Positions 1-9,437 are shown, counted from the first letter of the stretch. The stretch: DNA of 13,996 bases from Octopus sinensis (GCF_006345805.1 NW_021825793.1:1-13996), one strand, 5' to 3'. The notes: generated by a model not told the origin, from the letters alone. A program made the numbers and translations.

Positions 1-21
1 TTCCTTTTCTCTCTCCCAGAA

Positions 22-244
22 TACACACACTCACACATACACACACATAAATACACACATGCATACATACAAACATATACGTATGTATATATACATGTAT
101 GCATATATAGTTATACATATACATATATATACATATTTTTATGCATATCTCTCTCTCTATATATATATGTATATCTATGTATATATATATATATATATAC
201 ACATATATATATACATAGATATGTGTATATACATACATACATAC

Positions 245-279
<35 letters not shown>

Positions 280-348
280 CATACACACATTATTAAAATC
301 GTTATCATTATCATTATCATCATCATCATTATAATAATAATAATAACG

Positions 349-383
<35 letters not shown>

Positions 384-485
384 TATTATTATTTTTATTA
401 ATATTGTTGTTGTTGTTGTTGTTCTTCTTCTTCTTCTTCTTTCTTCTTCTTCTTCTTATTATTATTATTATCATCATCATCATCC
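22..485. repeat. Compound microsatellite: (CA)/(TA)/(TACA) followed by (ATC)(ATA)(GTT)(CTT)(ATT)(CAT) trinucleotide runs
   Basis: Directly visible simple repeats; they explain the low-complexity ORFs 59..334, 111..329, 223..837 and 247..498. Confidence 0.95.
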
Positions 486-733
486 TACTTACATCCACTG
501 CCTCTCTGCCTCTCGTCTTCTTCCGTGCAGTCTTGCAGTACAGCTTCCAGGTTGCACCGTTTTTCTACCTCAGATTATGACGTTTTCGGCGTCTTCTCTC
601 TCTCTCTCACTCTTTCTCCCTAGACCTCTCTCTCTCTCTCTTTCTTGTCTTGTGCTCTTTATATTCTTCCTTTCTTCCCCACCCCCACCTCAATCCACAT
701 TTTCTTTTTCTCATCGATATCCCCTTCTCTCCG

Positions 734-774
734 ACACACACACACACACACACACGCACATACACACACACACA

Positions 775-805
<31 letters not shown>

Positions 806-807
806 CA
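734..807. repeat. (CA)n microsatellite
   Basis: Near-perfect CA run. Confidence 0.95.
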
Positions 808-1181
808 TTCTGCACGCACTCTCTCATTCTTCATTGACTTCCATTGATCGGAAAGATTTTGCTAAATAATATTTTGACAAATAATAAGTCTTCGCCTCTG
901 TCTCTATTCCGAGTAGATAAAAATACATTCACTTCGGATCTCCACCCCCTCCTTCCCTCACGAAGCCCATTCCTTTTACCTGAGCAATCAATAATATTTA
1001 CCTGTTCACACTCTGCATATCTATATATCCCAATATACCTCTGACGTAAAACCCAACACACCTACACCACTGATAACCGTAAACCTGATTGAACAAGGAG
1101 GGCTCTTATGATGTCACTCTATCTGCTAGAAACAGCAGCTGAGTATGCTTTAACTCACATATTGGAACACTTAGAAAGTAA

Positions 1182-1340
1182 GAGCAAATCGACCCCAGGA
1201 CTTATTCTTTGTAAGCCTAGTACTTATTCTATCGGTTTTCTTTTGCCGAACCGCTAAGTTACAGGGACGTAAACACACCAGCATCGGTTGTCAAGCGATG
1301 TTGGGGTGTGGGGCAAACACCGACACACAAACACACACCC
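1182..1340 (-). mobile_element. 3' half of tRNA-derived SINE family A
   Basis: Its reverse complement matches about 7860-8000 (caacatcgcttgacaaccgat...acttagcggttcg...aataagtactaggcttacaaagaataagtcctgggg...gatttgctc). Confidence 0.9.
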
Positions 1341-1364
1341 ATATATAAATACAAATGAATAGAT

Positions 1365-2730
1365 ATCCATTTGTAATAACAAAATATGAACTCGTCTCGG
1401 AATTTACAAGCCATGGACAAGAAGTCAGGGCGATAATCCATATCGTTTGCAAAAGATTACTTGAAAAATCTTACTGAAGGTCGCTGGATGGTTGGATCGT
1501 CGTAAGACATATAACGGTGTGCTGTATGGTTTCCTGAAAGTCTCATACAACTGAGTTGAAGCATATTATCTTGAAACCTTATCTTGTAAAGTTTTCATCG
1601 ATCTTCCCCATCAGGCCGAATTCGAAGAATGTAGTAAACATTTGATTTCTGATAATGTCAGACTCGCATTGTTTGGAATCATAATTTCCTCACCCCTGTA
1701 TACACTCAAATATCAGCTTCATTATTCGGGATTAAGCCTTTCGTGTCGCGTAATCCGCTTCCGACTAAACTCACCATACCGAAACTGAGAAAGTGTCGTT
1801 CTTGTAAAGCATACATCGTCTGAGCACATTGCACGTCATTGTACGTTATCATCGTACGATGACCGAAATAGCGTACGAGAATCACTCTCTTTCGCCAGTT
1901 CGCAGTGCACTTTGTCCAGTGTCTGCGACAGAAGAGGAGTTAATTACTCCGAAATGTTGCTTCTTACAGTCTAGGTGTATTTACACCGTTTGTCTACAGC
2001 GAGAAAATTTTCCATTACAAAATATAGTGAATGGCTTGTTTATTAGCCTCAGCGTGCCACAAGCACACTTGAACCGATAATAACATTACAGTAATCTATG
2101 TTTATCTTCTGGCGAAATTGATGGCTTTTAGAATATTTTGATTTATGGAAAAATAATAATTGATGCTGTCGAAATGTATAAATTCAACTTATATTTCATT
2201 CCGACAATTTCAAACCACCTGATGACTGTCGCTTTGATGGCGCACACACTAAAACTAGTCTAATGCTGTCTGTCAACTTTTACTCTACGAACGTTTTATT
2301 GGTTATCCTAAAATCACTTTTGGAAGGATTTAATAAGCCAGTGCTTAGATTCAGTTTCAACGTGTTTGTGATTCTTCAGCAGCTGAAGGACGACTTTTTA
2401 ATTTTCTCTTAAATGTTCTTCGGTGGTTGTCTGTTGTGCTTCATCAATATTTGCGTGGCAGCTGGACTTTTTGTAACATTTCCTTATAATCTTCTGTATT
2501 CGTTATGTTCCTTAGATTGTTCTATTTTCTTTGTAAATATGAATATACTTAAAGCGGATTTTATTGCTTTTAAATCTTAGTTTATTTGTGCATCGTTAAA
2601 TTTTATACTCCTTAAGATAAGGAATCATTTTTTCACTGCACCTAATTCTTTCTGTTGTGTCGGATATTTTTCAGACATAAAATTGTAGCGAAAAGTTTTA
2701 TGCCTTTCTGTCACAACATAAACAAAAACG
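1365..2730 (-). pseudogene. Decayed Penelope-like element (PLE) reverse transcriptase with many stops and frameshifts
   Basis: Manual minus-strand translation gives collinear PLE-RT-like motifs: LKNHK (2379-2365, cf. LKDHK), LLNPSKSD (2336-2313, cf. RLINPxKSE/D), VIRWF (2226-2212), FIHFDSINYYFSINQNILKAINFA (2182-2111, cf. FIQFDIxxFYPSI...KAIxFA), VMENF (from 2018, cf. TMGSF), GLRDTKGL (from 1756, cf. GLYRDDGL), IRFQD (cf. VxFLD) and YETFRKPYSTPLYVLRRSNHP (1547-1485, cf. YxPYRKPNxxPLYIxxxSNHP). Reference motifs are recalled, not searched. Confidence 0.85.
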
Positions 2731-2762
2731 ATATGTATATATGTGTGTATATGCATGCATAC

Positions 2763-2795
<33 letters not shown>

Positions 2796-3010
2796 TGTAT
2801 GTATGTATGTATGTATGCGTGTGTGTATGTATGTATGTGTTTATGTTTACGTACGTGTACATGTATTTATGTATGTATGAATGTTTGTATGTATGTATGT
2901 GCTGTGTGTATATGTATGCGTATATATATGAATGTATGTATATATGTATGTCTATGTATGTATGTATGAATGTATCTCGCTCCCTTTATATATATATATA
3001 TATATATATA
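2731..3010. repeat. (TATG)n / (TA)n compound microsatellite, left flank of the ribozyme array
   Basis: Visible TATG and TA runs. Confidence 0.95.
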
Positions 3011-3231
3011 ATTAATCAATATAGGGTGGCAAAAAAAATTTTGTAGAATTTTTTTGCCACCAGCGGCCTAGTGGGAAAAAGTTAAATAGTCATAGACCAT
3101 TTTTAAGTTCAACATCAACAATCAAGGAACGGCCATAATAGGCCATTCACCCACTAGAAATAACAGCCAAAGCTTCAACCGCAAATAAAAGTCAATTCCG
3201 TAAACAGGAGAAAATTAAAAAACATTTACCC

Positions 3232-3347
3232 TGTAATTTTTATACGATGCACCGTTTCATCTGCTGTTTAATGGTAAACTAACCTGATTAAATTAAATCA
3301 AGCCAATCTTCCATAGGACCTCAGATTCTTCAGTAAGAAAAGCCACA
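3232..3347 (-). ncRNA. Type I hammerhead ribozyme, inverted copy
   Basis: On the minus strand CTGAAGA is at 3333-3327, followed by stem II ATCTG...CAGAT, then GAAA-CGGTGCATCG-TA with GUA at 3245-3243. Each stem I arm lacks one base relative to the forward copies (TTTCTTA / TAAAAAT). Confidence 0.75.
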
Positions 3348-3777
3348 AGTCGGAACAGATATTTTCACGAGGCATTTCCGACCCTGCCAAGGTAATATCT
3401 GACCTAAAATTTTCAAATCATCGCACTCGCGCCAAATTTATCGGCAGCAAATAAATATAAGCCGTCGATTCTATTACGGAATTAACCAGGAAATTCATAA
3501 TTAATCAATATAGGGTGGCAAAAAAAAAAAAAAAATGGTCTATGACTATTTAATTTTTTCCCACTAGGCCGCTGGTGGCAAAAAAATTCTACAAAATTTT
3601 TTTTTTGCCACCCTATATTGATTAATTATGAATTTTCTGGTTAATTCCGTAATGGAATCGACGGCTTATATTATTTGCTGCCGATAAATTTGGCGCGAGT
3701 GCGATGATTTGAAAATTTTAGGTCAGATATTACCTTGGCAGGGTCGGAAATGCCTCGTGAAAATATCTGTTCCGACT

Positions 3778-3894
3778 TGTGGCTATTTCTTACTGAAGAA
3801 TCTGAGGGCCTATGGAAGATTGGCTTGATTTAATTTAATCAGGTTAGTTTACATTAAACAGCAGATGAAACGGTGCATCGTATAAGAAATTACA
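3778..3894 (+). ncRNA. Type I hammerhead ribozyme, copy 1 (intact core)
   Basis: Stem I ATTTCTTA (3785-3792) pairs with TAAGAAAT (3883-3890). Core CTGAAGA 3793-3799; stem II ATCTG (3800-3804) / CAGAT (3862-3866); GAAA 3867-3870; stem III ACGGT-GC-ATCGT; cleavage triplet GTA 3880-3882. Confidence 0.88.
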
Positions 3895-4271
3895 GGGTAA
3901 ATGTTTTTAAATTTTCTCCTGTTTACGGAATTGACTTTTATTTGCGGTTGGTTGAAGCTTTGGCTGTTATTTCTAGTGGGTGAATGGCCTATTATGGCCG
4001 TTCCTTGATGTTGATGTTGAACTTAAAAATGGTCTGGACTATTTAATTTTTTCCCACTAGGCCGCTGGTGGCAAAAAAATTCTACAAAATTTTTTTTGCC
4101 ACCCTATATGATTAATTATGAATTTTCTGGTTAATTCCGTAATGGAATCGACGGCTTTATTTATTTGCTGCCGATAAATTTGGCGCGAGTGCGATGATTT
4201 GAAAATTTTAGGTCCAGATATTACCTTGGCAGGGTCGGAAATGATGCCTCGTGAAAATATCTGTTCCGACT

Positions 4272-4390
4272 TGTGGCTATTTCTTACTGAAGAATCTGAG
4301 GGCCTATGGAGAAGATTGGCTTGATTTAATTTAATCAGGTTAGTTTACCATTAAACAGCAGATGAACGGTGCATCGTATAAGAAATTACA
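4272..4390 (+). ncRNA. Type I hammerhead ribozyme, copy 2 (one A missing from GAAA)
   Basis: CTGAAGA 4287-4293; CAGAT-GAA-CGGTGCATCG-TA 4359-4378; stem I 4279-4286 / 4379-4386. Confidence 0.75.
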
Positions 4391-4764
4391 GGGTAAATGT
4401 TTTTTAAATTTTCTCCTGTTTACGGAATTGACTTTTATTTGCGGTTGAAGCTTTGGCTGTTATATTCTAGTGGGTGAATGGCCTATTATGGCCGTTCCTT
4501 GATTGTTGATGTTGAACTTAAAAATGGTCTATGACTTTAATTTTTTCCCACTAGGCGCCGCTGGTGGCAAAAAAATTCTACAAAATTTTTTTTGCCACCC
4601 TATATTGATTAATTATGAATTTTCTGTTTAATTCCGTAATGGAATCGACGGCTTATATTTATTTGCTGCCGATAAATTTGGCGCGAGTGCGATGATTTGA
4701 AAATTTTAGGTCAGATATTACCTTGGCAGGTCGGAAATGCCTCGTGAAAATATCTGTTCCGACT

Positions 4765-4881
4765 TGTGGCTATTTCTTACTGAAGAATCTGAGGGCCTAT
4801 GGAAGATTGGCTTGATTTAATTTAATCAGGTTAGTTTACCATTAACAGCAGATGAAACGGTGCATCGTATAAGAAATTACA
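4765..4881 (+). ncRNA. Type I hammerhead ribozyme, copy 3 (intact core)
   Basis: Stem I 4772-4779 / 4870-4877; CTGAAGA 4780-4786; CAGAT 4849-4853; GAAA 4854-4857; GTA 4867-4869. Confidence 0.88.
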
Positions 4882-4996
4882 GGGTAAATGTTTTTTAAAT
4901 TTTCTCCTGTTTACGGAATTGACTTTTATTTGCGGTTGAAGCTTTGGCTGTTATTTCTAGTGGGTGAATGGCCTATTATGGCCGTTCCTTGATTGT

Positions 4997-5300
<304 letters not shown>

Positions 5301-5487
5301 ACACAGACACACGTGCGCATTCATACGTACTGACAGCGTTTATATTCATGCATGTAATTTCCCTGTAAATTTGTATATATGTCTGTCTCTGTAGATAAAA
5401 ACTCCATGTATCTATAAACAAATATCATTGCAAAAGGGTGTTAAAGATATGCTACATGTGACAGCCATATTCAAAGGTGGCGGTGGC

Positions 5488-5523
<36 letters not shown>
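5488..5523. repeat. (GAT)n microsatellite
   Basis: Perfect GAT run; produces the poly-D and poly-S ORFs. Confidence 0.95.
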
Positions 5524-6055
5524 AGTGATAACAAAAGTGATGATAATAGAAGCGATGGTAGTGCAGAGGGCGGTGTTAAAATTGGTGATGGTGACAGAGG
5601 TGTTAAACTCCTCGCCACATTGTCTAAGTTGATAAAAATCCTCCGAGTGCCGTGATATCGCGTTTATTACAGACAAAGAATCTATTTAATGCCGAACATT
5701 GTAGCAGTATACAAGCGGAGATGGTGTTAGTAAATAATGGCGCTATGTTGAAGTAACTTTACACTATGTTTACAACCAGTCGAGAAGAATGGTGTGAAAT
5801 GGGCAGAGATAGGGATGTGTAGGTGGCGTTGGCGACGTACGCACGCACTCACAGACACACAGATACACGGACACACACAAACACACAAACAGACACACTC
5901 TAACTTATGGAGGGGGTTACGTGACTTGAAATTTCGTATCTCGAGGCTTCCTCAAACAACAGCTACTTTCCGTTCTTAATTTTTTAAATGCATTTAAACT
6001 GAATGGTTTGTTTGAGTAATTACAGCACAATTTGAATAAGTTTTGACAGGGGAAA

Positions 6056-6101
6056 TATATATGTAAATATGTATATATGTAATTACGTGTGCATGTATGT
6101 A

Positions 6102-6176
<75 letters not shown>

Positions 6177-6291
6177 CATATATACATACGATGTTTGCAT
6201 ATATATATATATATATGTTAATATATATTAAATACAGGATGTATGCATATATATGTATATGTATACGTACACACACACACACACACACACC

Positions 6292-6333
<42 letters not shown>

Positions 6334-6336
6334 ATA
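6056..6336. repeat. (TA)n/(CA)n compound microsatellite
   Basis: Visible runs. Confidence 0.95.
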
Positions 6337-6640
6337 CCGACTAAATGTCGATATTCAATATTTAGGGGTTAATCGATATGTGGTATTCTATTTCAGATCA
6401 TACGAAAAGAACCTAATGAGCATATCTTACAGTAAACTCATGGCATCAGTTTGCACATCACGAAATAAATTCTTCAAGGATAGAAACCAAAATTTCCAGC
6501 TGGGTATATAATGGACTTCATTAATTACATCATACTTATATTTATGAAAACTTATATTTATAAAATATGAAGGAACTACACGCACGTGTTTCGGTATTGG
6601 AAGATTACAATATATATGCATATACACGACTGTATACCCA

Positions 6641-6859
6641 GGTGCAGGAGTGGCTGTGTGGTAAGTAGCTTGTTTACCAACCACATGGTTCCGGGTTCAG
6701 TCCCACTGCGTGGCACCTTCTACTATAGCCTCGGGCCGACCAAAGCCTTGTGAGTGGATTTGATAGACGGAAATTAAAAGACGCTCATCGTATATATGTA
6801 TATATATGTGTGTGTGTGGACATGTTTTTGTGTGCCTGTGTTTGTCCTCCCAACATTGC
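6641..6859 (+). mobile_element. tRNA-derived SINE family A, 5' portion (3'-truncated)
   Basis: Pol III box A-like TGGCTGTGTGG (6651-6661) and box B-like GGTTCAGTCCC (6694-6704). Collinear with 7570-7885 and carries the internal (TA)(TG) tract. Confidence 0.9.
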
Positions 6860-6871
6860 AATTTAGCAGGA

Positions 6872-7028
6872 GGGGATAAGTCGATTACACCGGTCCCAGT
6901 GCGTAACTGGTACTTAATTTATCGACCCCGAAAGGATGAAGGGCAAAGTCGACCTCGGCGGAATTTGAACTCGGAACGTAACGGCAGACGAAATACTGCT
7001 AATAACGTTTCTGCCAGCTCGCCGCCTT
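6872..7028 (-). mobile_element. tRNA-derived SINE family B
   Basis: Reverse complement reads ggcggcgagctggcagaaacgtta...gagttcaaattccgccgaggtcgactttgcccttcatcctttcggggtcgataaattaagtaccagt. It has box A/B-like motifs and is homologous to 9438-9620 and 9694-9828. The central part resembles the Nin/Deu-type SINE domain (from memory). Confidence 0.85.
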
Positions 7029-7031
7029 CTT

Positions 7032-7480
7032 GACATCACAATACTGCCGTACCCGAAAGGTTCCAATTGTTGCTGTTACTTAGATACACTGATTAAAAGG
7101 AAGAAACCTAGCGGGTCTTATATTTCGGCTTCATTAAGTCTAACCAGCGCGATATCCCTTTTCCCAAAGACTAGCGATCTCCTATCATTTACTACAACAA
7201 TGATATTATCTGGTACTATGGGAGTGAATATCAAGGTGTATTGCCGTTCCATATGAAAGATATCCTTTAGTGTTGGATATCGAATTGAATGGATTTACAT
7301 TTATCCTCATTTTGGATATCGTTACATTGTTAAATCAAGCTAATCTAATGAATTATTCAATGAAATTCGACAATATGAGAGGAAGAAAATTAATGAGTCG
7401 CGGGAATCATTTGATTTGCAAATCCTCCTCTCTTCCTTTAAATCCATCGATGAATGCTGTTGATATAGACTGGGATCGCT
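7032..7480 (-). pseudogene. Second decayed Penelope-like RT fragment with internal deletions
   Basis: Minus-strand motifs in the expected order: TAFIDGFKGREEDL (cf. AFITLKDHKENF), RLIN (7400-7389), *FNN (cf. WFNN), DKCKSIQFDI (7305-7276), RRSLVF (7183-7166, cf. RKSLLF), EAEI*DPLGFFLL (7132-7094, cf. GAEICELVGLYLL) and QYCDV near 7035-7047 (cf. LYRDD). Confidence 0.75.
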
Positions 7481-7569
7481 GTATGAAAGAACGGAAAGTA
7501 TTCGATGAGAAACAAGTCACATCCACACATCCACACACTACATAGAGGATGTGCACAAAAGTAAACATA

Positions 7570-7772
7570 GGCGCCGGAGTGGCTGTGTGGTAAGTAGCTT
7601 GCTTACTAATCATATGGTTCACGGTTCAGTCTCACGGTGAGGCACCTTGGGCAGTGTCTTCTACTACAGCCTCAGGCCGACCAAAGCCTTGTGAATGGAT
7701 TTGGTAGACGGAAACTGAAAGACGCCCGTCGTATATACATACATACATACATACATACATACATACATACAT

Positions 7773-7824
<52 letters not shown>

Positions 7825-8016
7825 TTGTGTGTGTGTGTGTGTGTATGTATATTTTTGTATATCTCTGTTTGTCCCCACAACATCGCTTGACAACCGATAC
7901 TGGTGTGTCTACGTCCCTGTCACTTAGCGGTTCGACAAGAGGGACTGATGGAATAAGTACTAGGCTTACAAAGAATAAGTCCTGGGGCTGATTTGCTCGA
8001 CTAAAGGCGGTGCTCC
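7570..8016 (+). mobile_element. tRNA-derived SINE family A, near full length, with an expanded internal (TACA)n(CA)n(TA)n(TG)n tract
   Basis: Box A-like 7580-7590, box B-like GGTTCAGTCTC 7623-7633, and a CORE-like ccttgggcagtgt. The 5' half matches 6641-6859 and the 3' half matches 1182-1340 in reverse complement. Confidence 0.92.
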
Positions 8017-8130
8017 TTCTTCATTACTATTCGGATTAAAATTCAAAATTTGTTCAATCGTTAATCGAGCTTAATTTTTTGGCACTGAATTTGTTTTTCC
8101 CTCTCTCCGTCGGGTTTCTATCCTCATTAA

Positions 8131-8164
8131 TTTCAGAAGAAGAGCCTAGGCTCGAAATGTCAAA
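8131..8164 (+). ncRNA. Degenerate minimal type I hammerhead motif (PLE pseudo-LTR type)
   Basis: TTT-CAGAAGA-A-GAGC(CTAG)GCTC-GAAATGTC-AAA is two substitutions away from the CTGANGAA-stem-GAAACGTC pattern, with a perfect 4-bp stem II. Confidence 0.5.
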
Positions 8165-9049
8165 GACTTCAATTTTTTTTGAACGTCAAATGACTACACC
8201 CTGTTTGTTGATCCTTCATCTTCACCCTCCACGCATCCTTTCCAGATCTTCCCACGTTGTCCAACTTGGAAATTTTCTTCAGGTTTCCTGTCTAACACTT
8301 GTCTTGGGAGTTTCCAAGCAGCATTGCAAGATAAGTGTTAAATAAAACTAAGCACCAGTCAATTACTGGGTGAACCACACCCGGATCAAATTTATGAAGT
8401 TGAAATGATGTTACAAATGGTTGTTTTATGTATTAGAAACGATTTCTATTCTGTGAATAACAAATTCGAGGCTCAAATCGTAGAACACGATGACCAGTAT
8501 TTATCTCCCCTGCTGTGGTTTCGTTATCGTTCCTATTCCTCGACTAAAGAACAGAATATATTTGCATTACTATAGTATTGTAATACGCCAATATTTGAAA
8601 TAAATAAATAAAATCACATCGAGAATTATAATTTGGGAATAAAATTTTCAATATATTCTCTGATATTTAACTTTTCCTGAAAATGAAATCACTGGAAGCT
8701 GATTAATTATTATAAAGATCACACAAACCACCTCCTTCGTCTCCCCTCCTCGCGCCAACTTTTGCCTCAATTACATTTATTAGATCTCTCTACACTTTTA
8801 AACATTTATCATACATTACCAGTTTTCAGCCAGTTTTCAATTAGTTCCTGAATTAATTGGAAAAACTATTATAATGAAATCTTTTTTTAAAGAGAGATTG
8901 ATTGATTTCGTTTTCGTAATAAAGTTGTGCTTATTATTATTTTTTCTTATTTTCTTCTTTTTTTTTTTTAATTGTAAACGAAGAGTGTTTTGTGTCTATT
9001 TTACGTCTCAGTAAATCTGTATTTGCTTTCAATATCGCCTCAAGATTAA

Positions 9050-9165
9050 CAAAATCGGAAGACTGACCGACTAAATGTGTTGCAGTGTTAAAGTAATTTT
9101 ACGTTCCGAGTTCAAATTACCCGAATTCCGATTCTAGTTTAGCATCATTGTTCGAAATCGATTTA
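9050..9165 (+). mobile_element. Highly degenerate SINE family B fragment
   Basis: ttacgttccgagttcaaatt (about 9099-9118) is identical to the corresponding part of the family B copy at 6872-7028; flanking similarity is weak. Confidence 0.5.
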
Positions 9166-9437
9166 ATCAACTGTGCCAAATCGATTTAATCAACTTGGTC
9201 AAAGTCGGGAAGCATTCGTCTCGTTTCTTCTGATTTCAAAACCGATAATTCCTTAGATTTACCATAGACAAAAATTAAAATATAAGAATGGGCCTAGTTT
9301 AAGCATGTGCCCTTTAGGTGGGAGATGAAAACATGGAGACGGCAATTGCCTTTGATGGTGGGGGTTAACCTGTTAGAGGCATTTGTACCTCTGTTATTTC
9401 CTTCTAACTCATTTTTATGCAAACCTCAAATGTACTG

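Noticed and set aside
59-869. Multiple overlapping ORFs (YI/HT/poly-I)
   Set aside because: Translations of stop-free microsatellites; no real protein signal.
1440-1900. Apparent Tc1/mariner motifs on the minus strand (WRKRVIL, FQDN, PSSDL)
   Set aside because: Scattered across frames. The same DNA is explained far better by collinear Penelope-like RT motifs (RKP...PLY...SNHP, FLD-like, GLYRDD-like).
1829-2080. 83-aa plus-strand ORF
   Set aside because: Antisense to the RT fossil, non-ATG start, no recognisable domain.
3574-3612. GGTGGC-A7...Tn-GCCACC hairpin as a bacterial terminator or transposon TIR junction
   Set aside because: Eukaryotic repeat context with no upstream gene, and array ends do not coincide with it; better treated as part of the RNA fold.
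5428-5655. Acidic poly-D ORF
   Set aside because: Driven by (GAT)n and degenerate GGT/GAT repeats; non-ATG start and no supporting splice or domain evidence.
6641-6710. tRNA gene
   Set aside because: Box A/B present but no convincing cloverleaf, and it continues into a SINE body repeated elsewhere in the window.
7270-7545. 91-aa plus-strand ORF
   Set aside because: Antisense to the second RT fossil; no recognisable domain.
9155-9195. 18-bp direct repeat AAATCGATTTAATCAACT, period 23
   Set aside because: Only two copies; an ordinary local duplication.
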